61,541 nt of DNA from a virus (IMGVR_UViG_3300018481_000006:1-61541); one strand, 5' to 3'. Numbered from the stretch's first letter, positions 18,319 through 28,084 are shown. Numbers and translations: made by a program. Notes: a model not told the origin generated them from the letters alone.

Positions 18319-18693
18319 TCACCCTCCCAGTGTCACATCGCTCTTCAGCCACAGAGCCGCCAGCGTCAACGCCACGAACTCAAACTGTGTGCCGTACTTC
18401 TCCTCCCACTCCGGACGCCCGCGATGCAACTCCTCGTGGTGCCCTCTACAGAGCGGGATCACCCAGATGTCGGGTGACTTGGTGCCGGCTCCTCTGTAGC
18501 CAGCGCCATGTGGGTGGTGCGGGTCCGAAGGCGGCGGCGCGTCACAGACGCAGCATGGAAGCTGGCGCACCTTGGTCATGTACGGCTCGCTGCGCAAGGT
18601 GACGTAGCCGTTCTGTAGTGCTTCCCGTACAGACATCCCCGGCGGTATCGGTTTCATCAGCAACCTCGCAATCTGTGGCTCCATGACAGGCAC
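18319..18693 (-). CDS. DUF968-like zinc-binding HNH-type nuclease
   Basis: VRQLPCCVC...DPHH...IPLCRGHHEELH. Confidence 0.8.
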   Translation of the reverse strand: MPVMEPQIARLLMKPIPPGMSVREALQNGYVTLRSEPYMTKVRQLPCCVCDAPPPSDPHHPHGAGYRGAGTKSPDIWVIPLCRGHHEELHRGRPEWEEKYGTQFEFVALTLAALWLKSDVTLGG

Positions 18694-18694
18694 T

Positions 18695-19006
18695 TCACGT
18701 CAGCGTCGGCTCTGTATCGATGGCGGTCCACGATCCCGGGGCGGGCGGGACGCGCATGATCTCCATGTGGAACGCGGTCAGCGGCTTGTTGGGCTTGCCG
18801 TCCGGACGCAACGGCTTGTCTTTAGGGATCGAGTTCCACGCTATGAGCGCAAGCTCCGCGCTGGCGAACACCTTGGCCCGACTGCGGTGCGTGGTCAGCA
18901 CGATGTCGCCTACGCCGCCGTGGGCGTCGACGTCGTATTCCATCAGCCAGCCATGTATCGCGGGCTTGAGTACCGACTTGCAGTAACAGATCACCGCCGC
19001 GCTCAT
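18695..19006 (-). CDS. Hypothetical protein
   Basis: GGAGG RBS before MSAAVIC; RPDGKPNKPLTAF. Confidence 0.6.
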   Translation of the reverse strand: MSAAVICYCKSVLKPAIHGWLMEYDVDAHGGVGDIVLTTHRSRAKVFASAELALIAWNSIPKDKPLRPDGKPNKPLTAFHMEIMRVPPAPGSWTAIDTEPTLT

Positions 19007-19206
19007 TTCCCCTCCCTCCATACGGTTGACTTGTGGCGGCGCAGGTCGCGCTCCTTCTTGCGCTGCTCCAGCACCGTGCAGTCGTCGCACAGAATCTCGC
19101 CATCGATCAGGTTCTCGTTGCCGCGTACACCCCGGCGCAGGCAACCGTAGCCGCGCCGCGCGCACTTGTCCGGCAACAGGCTCCACAGATACTCGACTGG
19201 CCCCAT
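19003..19206 (-). CDS. Small Cys-containing hypothetical protein
   Basis: GAGGA RBS before MGPVEYLW. Confidence 0.55.
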   Translation of the reverse strand: MGPVEYLWSLLPDKCARRGYGCLRRGVRGNENLIDGEILCDDCTVLEQRKKERDLRRHKSTVWREGK

Positions 19207-19538
19207 CAAATCTTCCTCTCGTTGGCGCATTTGGTGCGCCACACGTCGATCACCGTCTCGCAAAAATCCCACGTGTACCGCAGCTTCTGCTCTGTAGCGG
19301 AGGCGTCGCGAAACGCTTCCAGAGCAAGGTGGTAAGCCTCGCTGGTGCGCGCTTCGCGTTCCTGCGCATGAGCCGCCTCGTCCTTGTGCTTCGCCTTCTC
19401 CTGCGCTTCGACCACCTTGATGTACGCCTCGGTGTGCTGCCGGTTGGCTACCGCCTGCCCGAGCGCGGTGGTGTTGCGGCTCATCCAGCCCATCACCTTG
19501 CGTACAGAACTCTCGTCGGCGTCGAAGTCCTCCTCCAT
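19206..19538 (-). CDS. Helical phage protein (possibly UvsY-like recombination mediator)
   Basis: EREARTSEAY...IDVWRTKCANER pattern; function uncertain. Confidence 0.55.
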   Translation of the reverse strand: MEEDFDADESSVRKVMGWMSRNTTALGQAVANRQHTEAYIKVVEAQEKAKHKDEAAHAQEREARTSEAYHLALEAFRDASATEQKLRYTWDFCETVIDVWRTKCANERKI

Positions 19539-19729
19539 CAGCCGAGCCTGATTCTCGGTACGCTGCCGGTCAGCAAGCTGATCAGGAAGATCACCGCGAT
19601 CAGCACCAGCACCACCAGCGCCACAGTGCGGAACGGCGCGGGCAGCGGTAGCTGGGCGAGTAGCCAGTAGATGAGCCAGAAGATCAGCCCCGCGATGACG
19701 ACGGTTACCAGTACAGAGATCAGGTCCAT
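19538..19729 (-). CDS. Small two-TM membrane protein (Thivi_2564-like)
   Basis: 63 aa, two hydrophobic helices around LPLPAPF; GGAGG RBS. Confidence 0.7.
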   Translation of the reverse strand: MDLISVLVTVVIAGLIFWLIYWLLAQLPLPAPFRTVALVVLVLIAVIFLISLLTGSVPRIRLG

Positions 19730-19755
19730 GCCTACCTCCCTTCAGAGTGCCAGCC

Positions 19756-20265
19756 TTAGACAGCGTCCGGGGCTGGCAAGATGCCGTTGCCGCCGGTTGG
19801 CGGCAGCAGCGCGTGAGTGGTCAGCATCTTCTGGTACTTGTCGACCGCATTCTGCGCGCCATTCGCGACGGCGACCTTCTGCTGGAACTTGCGGATCGCC
19901 AGCTTGCCTTCGCACAGAGTGACGTTGGCGAAGCCGACCGTTGCCTTGCCGTTGCCGATAGCAACATACTTTTGCGGCGCAATTTCCGGCGGCGGAATTC
20001 CCTTTGCCTTGCGCGCCTTAACCGAAAGGAACCACTCCTTCGCCAGCGGCACCAGTTCGCAGCCGACGTCCTCCTGCCACCACTCGCGCAGGTAGTCCCA
20101 GCGGATCGAGTTGGTCGAGATGCCGTGGAACGCAGCATCCTCCATCACCTCATCGAGGGCGAAGAACCCGTCGGCACCGAGCCGCGTGATGCCCGCTTGG
20201 TGCAGCGCCCGATGGATTGCGCATAGCCGGATTTTTTCTCGTCTCGCGTAGTCGCGCTTGTTCAT
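19756..20265 (-). CDS. Hypothetical protein
   Basis: Start MNKRDY abuts the stop of the ParB-like gene. Confidence 0.6.
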   Translation of the reverse strand: MNKRDYARREKIRLCAIHRALHQAGITRLGADGFFALDEVMEDAAFHGISTNSIRWDYLREWWQEDVGCELVPLAKEWFLSVKARKAKGIPPPEIAPQKYVAIGNGKATVGFANVTLCEGKLAIRKFQQKVAVANGAQNAVDKYQKMLTTHALLPPTGGNGILPAPDAV

Positions 20266-20267
20266 GT

Positions 20268-21275
20268 TCAGCCCCGCTTGAGCAGTTTGAGAGGAACCAC
20301 GTTCTGGCCTTTCGGCGTGAGCCGCTGCCGCCAGTTGCTGCTGCGCTCGCCCAACTCGGCCAACGCAAAGTCGATGTGCCGCAGGCACGCCTTGTCATCG
20401 TCCAGCGTGACCTTGCCGACCACCTTGGCGATCTCCTCCAGCTTCTCGGCAGCGGTGTCGGTACAGACCATCTTGCTGATGCTCTCGGCGATGGCCCTGC
20501 CGAACACGGCGAACAGCGGCGTCGGCTTGGAATCCTTGGCGCTACGGTAGGCGTGAACGTCAACCTGCCCGCGCAGATCGCGCTGCGCCACCTTGCCGCT
20601 GCGCACGTCCTGCGCGGTCTTGGTCGCCGCCTTGCCGACGTGACGCTTGGCCTGCTCGATCTCACGCGCTGGTCGCTTGTTCTGTGAGCCGACTCTCTGT
20701 ATCTGCTCCATGCGGGTCTGCGCACGTCCGAGGATTTCACGCGCTGCGTTGACGGTGAGATCGCGCAAGTCTGTGCGCGCCACGTAACCGCCGAGCATGA
20801 GCGCGTGCGCCGCAGTGCAGGCGCGGGCGGTGTGGCTCATCCTGTCCGACTCGCGATCAGCTACCGTCCACCCCAAAACCCTCGCTATATCAACTGGTTC
20901 CAGTTTTTGCGGCCGACTTGCCGCAGAGAACTTCACCGCTGCTTCCCACGTCTCCAGCATGGTCAGGAAGTCGGCGTTGTAGTCCTCCATGTTCTCCCGC
21001 CCCATGAACTGGAGCATCTGCTCGTCGGTGAGGTCACGAACGATCAGCGGCACGCGCTTCATCTTGTTGCGACGCGCGGCCTCGATGCGGTGATGCCCGA
21101 ACGCGATCTCGTAGCCGCGCCCCGCCTTGCGGGCGATCACGCCTTCCCAAAGACCGACGTCGTCAATCGAGCGCATCAGCGCCTCGACCTTGCGCTCGAC
21201 GTACGGGTACTTCTGTAACAGGCGAAACGGGTTGTGATCGACGTTGTCAATCGACGCTTGGACAATCTCGGTCAT
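20268..21275 (-). CDS. ParB/Srx N-terminal domain protein
   Basis: LMRSIDDVGLWEGVIAR...YEIAFGHHRIEAAR...EN. Confidence 0.85.
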   Translation of the reverse strand: MTEIVQASIDNVDHNPFRLLQKYPYVERKVEALMRSIDDVGLWEGVIARKAGRGYEIAFGHHRIEAARRNKMKRVPLIVRDLTDEQMLQFMGRENMEDYNADFLTMLETWEAAVKFSAASRPQKLEPVDIARVLGWTVADRESDRMSHTARACTAAHALMLGGYVARTDLRDLTVNAAREILGRAQTRMEQIQRVGSQNKRPAREIEQAKRHVGKAATKTAQDVRSGKVAQRDLRGQVDVHAYRSAKDSKPTPLFAVFGRAIAESISKMVCTDTAAEKLEEIAKVVGKVTLDDDKACLRHIDFALAELGERSSNWRQRLTPKGQNVVPLKLLKRG

Positions 21276-21297
21276 GTGTGGCTCTCTGTGGTTGTGG

Positions 21298-21612
21298 TCA
21301 TAATTCGATCTCCCTGCAAGTCCAGCCGGCCTTGAGCTTCGACCAGCCGTGGACGAACACCAGCATCCCGCTCTCGATGATGCGTTCGTAGTTTGGATGC
21401 GCCTTGACCTTGGCGACGCGCTCCGCGACGTGATCGCCGGAGGTGGTCTGTACGCCGATGATTTCCAGAGGGCGGATGGCGAGCAGGTCGATGAACCCGT
21501 AGAGGTCTTGGCGAATCCTCACGTGCGGGTTCCACCGCTCGACGACCGCAACGAGATAGCCGCGCTCTCTCAGGAGGGCGAGGCTACGCTGCGTCGGCGA
21601 CGTCTTGCTCAT
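21298..21612 (-). CDS. PD-(D/E)xK nuclease, Holliday junction resolvase-like
   Basis: SPTQRSLALLRERGY...DLYGFIDLLAI...GVQTTS. Confidence 0.7.
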   Translation of the reverse strand: MSKTSPTQRSLALLRERGYLVAVVERWNPHVRIRQDLYGFIDLLAIRPLEIIGVQTTSGDHVAERVAKVKAHPNYERIIESGMLVFVHGWSKLKAGWTCREIEL

Positions 21613-21737
21613 GCTGCGGTGGCTCCCGGCGTGCCGCGATGCTTACCTGCGGCGTTGACAAGATTGCAGGACTTCGTGAAAGCGCACAAGGCCCAGAAGA
21701 CCGGCGGCGTAGCCGATCCGGAACTGGCGGCGCTCCT

Positions 21738-21974
21738 CTACCTCGCGATCTTCCTGCCAGCCGGCGCGGATGGCCTTGCGGAGCCAACGCTCTGCTTCGG
21801 TCTGTCGAGCGTCCCCCCGTAGCTGGCCGGCACTCCCGGCGGGCAACGCGTCCCGATCTCCACCCCGTTCTCCCTCGCCCATCTGACTTTCACCCCATCC
21901 CCGAACACCCGTCGGAACTCGTCAACAACCTTTGCCGTCTCCGGAAACGCCGCCCGCCGCTCTGTTGCGTTCAT
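21738..21974 (-). CDS. Hypothetical phage protein
   Basis: ATGA overlap with helicase; FPETAKVVDEFRRVFG...ENG. Confidence 0.6.
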   Translation of the reverse strand: MNATERRAAFPETAKVVDEFRRVFGDGVKVRWARENGVEIGTRCPPGVPASYGGTLDRPKQSVGSARPSAPAGRKIAR

Positions 21975-23455
21975 GCGACACGCTGCGCGTTTTCCCGCGC
22001 CTGCTTCGCGCGGAACCACGCGCTGCGCGCGGCGGCGATCTCGCTGATCAAGCCACGTGGCGGCGGGCCGGCAACCCAGTTCATGTTCCTCGGCCACATG
22101 CCGAACTTCTGCCGGTACTGGTTGGCTACCCAGCCCGGGTTGTAGCTGTGCCGGTTACAGAGCGTGACCAGCCCGGAGTACCACTCCTGCCGGACGTCGA
22201 TTGGCTGCGGCGTGCGCTTGATCTCGCGCAGCGTGCCCTCGCGCTGGTCGATGTTGAGCGTGGCCTGTGGCTTGCGGTAGCCGCACTCGTTGCACGGGTT
22301 GGGCGGACGCTGGCTCACCGCCTTGCACTTCGGGCAGGTATGCAGCTTGTCCTTGGGTACCGGGGTCTTGCGCTTCTTGCCGTCGTCGAGGATCAACGGC
22401 AGTTCGTCTGTAGGGAAGCCCAGCGACTCCACGGTGTTGCTGTGATCGAGGATCAGCGCATGGGTCTTGCCTTCGGCTGGGCGCAACGCCCGTCCCACCA
22501 TCTGCAGGTAGCGGATCAGCGACTGCGTGGGCCGCGCCAGCACGATGCACTCAAGGTCGGGCAGGTCGAAGCCTTCGGCCAGCACCGCGCAGTTGGATAC
22601 CACCCGCGTGGTGCCGTCGCGCAAGCGTCCGAGGATCGCCTTGCGGTCGTCGTCGGGCGTGTTGCAGTCGATATGCTCTGCCGCCACACCCCGGAAGCGG
22701 AACTGGTCGGTGATGTGCTTGCTGTGCAGGATCGAGGTCGCGAACACCACGGTGCGCGCATTGCCGGCCCTCTGTAGCCACTCGTCAACAAGGTTTCCGA
22801 CGAGGATTTTCTGGTTTACAGCACGCTCCAACCCCCCCTCCTCATAGTCGCCGGCCACGATCTTCACCGATGACAGGTCGACACGGTCGGGCGCGAAGAA
22901 CTTCGCCGGCACCAGCCAGCCCTGCTCTGTAAGGTCGGCGACGGTGACCTCGTGGATCAAGGTCTGGAAGACCTTGCCCAGCCCTCTGGAGAACGGCGTC
23001 GCGGTCAGGCCGAAGGTCTTCACCGGGTTCGCCGCCATGAACGCGCGGTACGAATCCGAGATTGCGCCGTGCGCCTCGTCGATGATCAGCACGTCGAAGC
23101 TGGGGATCAGGCCGCGCCTGCGCAGCGTCTGGATGCTGGCGATCTGCACCGGCTTGCTGATGTCGGTGCGCTCATGCTGGGCCTGCACCACGCCGTGATC
23201 GATGCCGTGGTCGAGGAAGCGGCGCGAGGTCTGGTTGATCAACTCGATGCGGTTGACCGTCCACATTACCCGCTTGCCGTGCTGCACCAGCTTCTGGACG
23301 AGGCGCATCCCTTGCTCCGTCTTGCCGGAGCCGGTGGGTCCGTAGATGCACACGCGGTCGTGGATGGCGGTGGCCTTGACCGCTGCGTTGAGGGTTGAGA
23401 CTTGGTAGTCCCGAAGGACGATGTTGGCATGGGACGGTGGCGAGTCGTCGGGCAC
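21971..23455 (-). CDS. Superfamily II DEAH helicase with C-terminal zinc finger
   Basis: GPTGSGKT, IIDEAH, LTATP, QMVGRALR, CPKC...CNEC. Confidence 0.92.
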   Translation of the reverse strand: MPDDSPPSHANIVLRDYQVSTLNAAVKATAIHDRVCIYGPTGSGKTEQGMRLVQKLVQHGKRVMWTVNRIELINQTSRRFLDHGIDHGVVQAQHERTDISKPVQIASIQTLRRRGLIPSFDVLIIDEAHGAISDSYRAFMAANPVKTFGLTATPFSRGLGKVFQTLIHEVTVADLTEQGWLVPAKFFAPDRVDLSSVKIVAGDYEEGGLERAVNQKILVGNLVDEWLQRAGNARTVVFATSILHSKHITDQFRFRGVAAEHIDCNTPDDDRKAILGRLRDGTTRVVSNCAVLAEGFDLPDLECIVLARPTQSLIRYLQMVGRALRPAEGKTHALILDHSNTVESLGFPTDELPLILDDGKKRKTPVPKDKLHTCPKCKAVSQRPPNPCNECGYRKPQATLNIDQREGTLREIKRTPQPIDVRQEWYSGLVTLCNRHSYNPGWVANQYRQKFGMWPRNMNWVAGPPPRGLISEIAAARSAWFRAKQARENAQRVA

Positions 23456-23767
23456 GTTTGGCTCCTGTGAGTGAGTACTTACGGTAAGTGGGCGCTAACG
23501 TCGCGTCGCGTAAAGACACTGCAACTACAAAGTCAACTACCTTTCACCCAGAAGCCCCCCCGACCCCCCGCTGGCTGGCGGCTGGTGCAGGAAGACTTCT
23601 GGCTTCACCCCCCGCCTTCGGGGCCGCGATCATGGTACGGATTGGATGCCGTATCCCCCCGGCTCTCGCGCAAAAGCCCGCCGCCCGAATCGAATCGGGT
23701 ACCGCTTTCCTTCCTCGCCACCACGGCTAGGGTGCAGTGCTTTGTGTTCCGGTGAGGAGTACCGGTC

Positions 23768-23941
23768 CTACGTATGCGTGATCGGCTCCTTCGTTCGCTT
23801 GAACACCGAGATGTTCGCGGTCATGCAGTGCGGGCACGTCGAGAACGGCCTGCCCACAGACTGGCGTGCGCAGTCACGGCAGTGGTAAACCGTTTCCAGC
23901 GACGACGAGTCGGCGTTTCTTGGCGGGCGGCGTGTTTGCAT
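23768..23941 (-). CDS. 57-aa zinc-ribbon protein (not in the ORF track)
   Basis: My translation: MQTRRPPRNADSSSLETVYHCRDCARQSVGRPFSTCPHCMTANISVFKRTKEPITHT. Confidence 0.5.
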   Translation of the reverse strand: MQTRRPPRNADSSSLETVYHCRDCARQSVGRPFSTCPHCMTANISVFKRTKEPITHT

Positions 23942-24068
23942 GTGACGTACGCGTGTTTACACAGAGCGGTGATCTGCCCACGATTTCGCTGCTGGTAAGT
24001 CACCCAAAACGGAACGGGTCGGCTACTACCAAGCCCCGAATCTACCCCCGCTTTTCGTAGGACGCAAG

Positions 24069-24088
24069 CCGACACGTCGGGTTTTTTG
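24069..24088 (+). terminator. Terminator-like hairpin plus T tract
   Basis: CCGACACGTCGG-GTTTTTTG; very short loop. Confidence 0.35.
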
Positions 24089-24156
24089 TATGTGCCTGAT
24101 TACGTGTGACTTCATCGCCCGCTCTGTAGGTGCGCGTACGGCCCGTAGGGCAGGAA

Positions 24157-24195
24157 GCAACAAGTGTTGACATCGACGTTGACACGTGACATCAT
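24157..24195 (+). promoter_or_regulatory. Sigma70-type promoter TTGACA-N17-CATCAT with operator-like palindrome
   Basis: -35 at 24167-24172, -10 at 24190-24195; GCAAC-AAGT-GTTGAC at 24157-24171. Confidence 0.65.
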
Positions 24196-24234
24196 CCGTC
24201 TCGCAGTCCGTTTCTCACTCTCACAGGAGCCACC

Positions 24235-25002
24235 ATGACCGACGAAACGTCAGTCGAAGCAGTGCCGTCTACCGATCCGCAGACATCCGACGATGCGCTG
24301 TGGTCGCCGCAGTCGCTGACCTCACCGCGTCCCGCCATCCGGGTGGACGAGTTCTCACCCCAGTTCCAGACCTCGCCGTCCATCGGCAAGCTGGCGCTGG
24401 CACTGGCCCGGGTGCAGAAGGTCATCAAGCAGCCGGCCAAGGAAGCCGACAACCCGTTCTTCAAGAGCAAGTACGCCGACCTCCACGAAGTGTGGAGCGT
24501 GGTGCGCGGCGCTCTGTCGGACGAGGGTATCGCCATCATCCAGTCGCCGTCGTTCACCACCAGCGAGATCAAGGGCAAGGTCGTCGGCGTGATCACCATC
24601 AGCACCACCGCCATCCACGGCGAGTCGGGTGAGTGGATGACCAACGTGCTGCGTGGCACGTCCGAGAACATCGGGCCGCAGGCCATCGGTTCGGCGATCA
24701 GCTACTTCCGCCGCTACTCGCTGCAGCCGTTGCTCATGCTCACGCCCAACGATGGCAGCGACGATGACGCCGAGAAGGCCGAAGGCCGGCAGGCTCCCGC
24801 CGAAGACAAGCCGAGCGCCGAGGAGGTCACCAAGATCACCGCCTCGATCAAGGGCGCGAAGGACAAGGCGGCGCTCAAGGCCGCGTACGAAGCCATCCCC
24901 GAGGCGCACCGCAAGTGGTTCAACAAGCTGGTCAACGCAAGGAAGGCGGCGCTGCAGCCTGACCCGCCAGAGGCGGCACAGGACCAGACGCCGGCAGAGT
25001 GA
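24235..25002 (+). CDS. erf: ERF-family single-strand annealing protein
   Basis: NPFFKSKYADL, PQAIGSAISYFRRYSL, DDDAE. Confidence 0.9.
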   Translation: MTDETSVEAVPSTDPQTSDDALWSPQSLTSPRPAIRVDEFSPQFQTSPSIGKLALALARVQKVIKQPAKEADNPFFKSKYADLHEVWSVVRGALSDEGIAIIQSPSFTTSEIKGKVVGVITISTTAIHGESGEWMTNVLRGTSENIGPQAIGSAISYFRRYSLQPLLMLTPNDGSDDDAEKAEGRQAPAEDKPSAEEVTKITASIKGAKDKAALKAAYEAIPEAHRKWFNKLVNARKAALQPDPPEAAQDQTPAE

Positions 25003-25610
25003 TGGAACAGCGCACCGACGAGTGGCACACCGCGAGGTCCGGGAAGATGACGGCCTCGCGGATGGGTGAGGCTGTCGGCATGATCGGCTCCCGCAAGAGG
25101 CTGTGGCGGGAGTTGACGGGCCGGGAGCGAGCGCAGCACGCCAACACAAGGATGCAGGATGGCATCAACTGCGAGTGCATCGCGGTTGCTCTGTACGAGC
25201 AGGTCACCCGCAACGAAGTCACCCCGGCGGGCTTCATCACCCACCCGACGCTGGATTGGATCGGCGGGTCACCAGATGGTCTGGTCGACAGCCGCTTCCT
25301 GTACGGCGGTATCGAAGTGAAGTGTCCGGCGTCCCAGTACGGCTATGCCGTGCCCGAGTACTACATGCCGCAGGTACAGGGCTTGATGGAGATCACCAAC
25401 CGTCTGTGGTGGGACTTCTCGGTGTGGACGCCGGACGAGTTCACCATCATCCGCGTGACTCGCTCACCCGAGTACTGGCAGCAGCTACATGAGTTGCTGG
25501 CCGACTTCTGGGCGTACGTGGATGCCGACGTGGAGCCACCAACGTTCCGTCGCGGAACGAAGCCAAAGATCACCGCAGACATACAGACCCGACTCATACA
25601 CAGGGAGTAG
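24999..25610 (+). CDS. YqaJ/lambda-type exonuclease
   Basis: EQRTDEWHTARSGKMTAS, GGSPDGLV, IEVKCP, YMPQVQ. Confidence 0.92.
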   Translation: MMEQRTDEWHTARSGKMTASRMGEAVGMIGSRKRLWRELTGRERAQHANTRMQDGINCECIAVALYEQVTRNEVTPAGFITHPTLDWIGGSPDGLVDSRFLYGGIEVKCPASQYGYAVPEYYMPQVQGLMEITNRLWWDFSVWTPDEFTIIRVTRSPEYWQQLHELLADFWAYVDADVEPPTFRRGTKPKITADIQTRLIHRE

Positions 25611-25612
25611 AC

Positions 25613-25912
25613 ATGGGCTTGACACATTACGTTAGGGCAAGAACCGGCGAGACTTACACCGACCGCAACGGAGCCGAGAAGGAGAGCTACGTCACCATCG
25701 GTCGTTTGATCGAGTCGGCCAAGGGCAACAAGATGATCATCATCGACGCCATCCCGCTGGCGTGGTTCGCGGCGGGCAAGCCGGTCACTCTGTTCCTGCA
25801 GAACAAGGATCGTGACGAGCGTCCGGCAGCTACAGAGGCACCGCCGCAGACCCGCAGGGCCGCTGCCGCCACCGCCCCGCCGGACGACATCGATGACGAT
25901 CTCCCGTTCTAA
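25613..25912 (+). CDS. Single-stranded DNA-binding protein
   Basis: Follows erf/exo; acidic tail DDIDDDLPF. Confidence 0.75.
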   Translation: MGLTHYVRARTGETYTDRNGAEKESYVTIGRLIESAKGNKMIIIDAIPLAWFAAGKPVTLFLQNKDRDERPAATEAPPQTRRAAAATAPPDDIDDDLPF

Positions 25913-25923
25913 GGAGGACGATC

Positions 25924-26217
25924 ATGGCAAGGAAAGTGTACGTACAGAAGAGTCCGCCCACACCACGGCAGATTCTGATGAAGCGGTTCAGGACGCAGAT
26001 CGAGATCGCCAAGGTCGCCGGCTGTACGCGGCAGGCGATCAGCTTGGCGTTCAAGCGCGGACGGCTGTCGTTCCAAGTCGCCGCGATGCTGGCGAAGCGG
26101 ATGCGTATCCCGGTCGACGTGTTGCTTACCGAGTGGATACCCGACACCAACCGGCGGTCACGTCAGTCCGAGTCCGCAAAGCGAAGGGTAGCGGCTGCGC
26201 AATCGCTGCGGCCATGA
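25924..26217 (+). CDS. Cro/XRE-like HTH transcriptional regulator
   Basis: TQIEIAKVAGCTRQAISLAFKRG; AAGGAGG RBS. Confidence 0.75.
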   Translation: MARKVYVQKSPPTPRQILMKRFRTQIEIAKVAGCTRQAISLAFKRGRLSFQVAAMLAKRMRIPVDVLLTEWIPDTNRRSRQSESAKRRVAAAQSLRP

Positions 26218-26453
26218 TCAAGCTCACCAAGCATCTGCACGACGCAGAGGGCGGGCGCTTGTCGTCGACCGTGTGCGGCGTGACCCGGGCGGCGTCGGTG
26301 ACCCCGAGCATCCCCGACCTGCTGCGTGACCGCGAGCCGTGCCCACGCTGCCTGAAGTGGGTGATCGAGCAAGGCCAGCTAGCCACACAGAAGCTGGATT
26401 CCATCAACGGAGAGGAGCCACATGACCACCAAGCTGAAAGCGAAAATCTATAA
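26214..26453 (+). CDS. Hypothetical protein (H...C...CxxC)
   Basis: ATGA overlap; STVCG...CPRC. Confidence 0.5.
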   Translation: MIKLTKHLHDAEGGRLSSTVCGVTRAASVTPSIPDLLRDREPCPRCLKWVIEQGQLATQKLDSINGEEPHDHQAESENL

Positions 26454-26700
26454 CGTCTGGGTTGGCGACAAGCAGATGCTGATCAAGGCGAAGACCAAGC
26501 AAGGCGCGATCACCTTCGCCGCGCAGATGTCGATTACCTGCGACTACGCCGACCAGCAGACTCTGTACGAGGCGACCAAGGCCGGGGTGGAGATCGTCGA
26601 CGTCGACGCTGACCCGAAGCAGCCGCGCCTGCCGCACGTCGACCCAGAGACTGAGGAGGAGTTGGAGCAAGCTCTGGAAGCTGCCGAGGAGGAGTCGTAA
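26422..26700 (+). CDS. Hypothetical protein
   Basis: AGGAGCCAC RBS. Confidence 0.7.
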   Translation: MTTKLKAKIYNVWVGDKQMLIKAKTKQGAITFAAQMSITCDYADQQTLYEATKAGVEIVDVDADPKQPRLPHVDPETEEELEQALEAAEEES

Positions 26701-26707
26701 CATCGGG

Positions 26708-26730
26708 GCGGCGGGGTTCGCCCCGCCTTC
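26708..26730 (+). terminator. GC-rich hairpin with TTCG loop
   Basis: GGCGGGG-TTCG-CCCCGCC; weak T tract. Confidence 0.35.
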
Positions 26731-26749
26731 CTACAGAGCGAGGGACCGC

Positions 26750-27010
26750 ATGGCAAAGACCGCACAGCAGAAGCGCAGCGACAAGGCGTACGCCGCACGT
26801 CCGGAACAGATCGCCAACCGAGTGGAGCGCAACGCCGCACGCCGCAAGCTGATGCAGGCTGGCGTCGTCCACAAGGGCGATGGCAAGGAGGTGCATCACA
26901 AGAACGCGCTGATCAGCGGCGGCAGCAACGGCAGGGACAACCTCGCCGTGGTGAGCGCAGCCACCAACCGGGGCTGGCGCAAGGGCAAGAACGGCAAGCA
27001 GCGGCCCTGA
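26750..27010 (+). CDS. Small basic HNH-motif protein
   Basis: GDGKEVHHKNALISGGSNGRDNLAVVSAATNR. Confidence 0.75.
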   Translation: MAKTAQQKRSDKAYAARPEQIANRVERNAARRKLMQAGVVHKGDGKEVHHKNALISGGSNGRDNLAVVSAATNRGWRKGKNGKQRP

Positions 27011-27011
27011 T

Positions 27012-27055
27012 TTGACAAGGCAATCGCCATGCCTTAATGTGTCAACGTTTGTTGC
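27012..27055 (+). promoter_or_regulatory. Candidate promoter TTGACA-N17-TAATGT with downstream operator-like palindrome
   Basis: GTCAAC-GTTT-GTTGC at 27041-27055. Confidence 0.55.
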
Positions 27056-27071
27056 TAACCAAGGAGCCACC

Positions 27072-27893
27072 GTGGAAGTAACCGTAGAGAAGATCACTCC
27101 TGCGAAAGCGGAGAAGCTGCTGAACAAGAACAAGCTGAACCGCAAGCTGCGCAACGGCATCGTGGAGAAGTACGCCGCCGACATGCGCAACGGCAAGTGG
27201 ACGCACTGCACCGACCCCATCGCGTTCTACGAAGGCAGCCACGATATCGCCGACGGCCAGCACCGTCTGTGGGCCATCGTCGAAACCAAGATTCCGCAGA
27301 CCTTCATCGTGGTACGTGGACTGGACCGTGCATCGGGTCTGAACATCGACACCGGCTTCAACCGCAGCCTCGTTGACGCCGCCAGCATCAGTGGCGTGAA
27401 CGACGGTGTCACCCACCTCCTGATCGCAGTGACCCGCGCCGTCGCCACTGGCCTGCGCGGCGACAACTCACGCTTCGGCACCTCCAACGCCACCAAGCTG
27501 GGCTACATCGAGGCGCACGGCGAGGCGGCGCGCTGGGCCATCGAGCATGGTCCGAAAACGCGTGCGTTTGCACACTCGCTGGTCCTCGCCGCCATCGCCC
27601 GGGCTTGGTATCACGAAGACGACAAGGAGCGCCTGATCGCCTTCTGCCACGTCCTGACCAAGGGCTTCATGGATCACGAAGGCGACAGCGCCGCCGTCGC
27701 GCTGCGCAACATGCTGGTAGCCATCCACACTTCGCACGGTTTCGGCAGCCGGGACGTGTGGCGTGACGCGTTCCTCAAGGCACAGAACGCGATCAAGTAC
27801 TTTATGAAGCACAAGCCGCTGAAGATTCTGAAGTCGGTGCAGGACGAGGTGTACCCGCTCCCCACAGAGCGCAAGGCGCGCAAGGCGGCATGA
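27072..27893 (+). CDS. DGQHR-motif ParB-like protein
   Basis: AGGAGCCAC-GTG start; ITPAKAEKLL...NR...YAADMRNGKW...IADGQHRLWAI...IDTG. Confidence 0.8.
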   Translation: MEVTVEKITPAKAEKLLNKNKLNRKLRNGIVEKYAADMRNGKWTHCTDPIAFYEGSHDIADGQHRLWAIVETKIPQTFIVVRGLDRASGLNIDTGFNRSLVDAASISGVNDGVTHLLIAVTRAVATGLRGDNSRFGTSNATKLGYIEAHGEAARWAIEHGPKTRAFAHSLVLAAIARAWYHEDDKERLIAFCHVLTKGFMDHEGDSAAVALRNMLVAIHTSHGFGSRDVWRDAFLKAQNAIKYFMKHKPLKILKSVQDEVYPLPTERKARKAA

Positions 27894-28084
27894 TGGGCAA
27901 GCTCAACGACAGCGAGCGGTTCAAGCACGTCGACTACCACCACACCGACCTGCGCCTCACCTTCGCCCGTATCCGCAGGGAGCAGGCGCAGGTCGAGAAG
28001 GCGCGTGTCGAGCAGGAGAAGGTCAAGGTCGACGCTCTGTTCAACACCTACCCGCAGTGGAAGGGGATGCGAGCGGTCAAGTGA
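27890..28084 (+). CDS. Hypothetical protein
   Basis: ATGA overlap; TDLRLTFARIRREQ. Confidence 0.6.
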   Translation: MMGKLNDSERFKHVDYHHTDLRLTFARIRREQAQVEKARVEQEKVKVDALFNTYPQWKGMRAVK

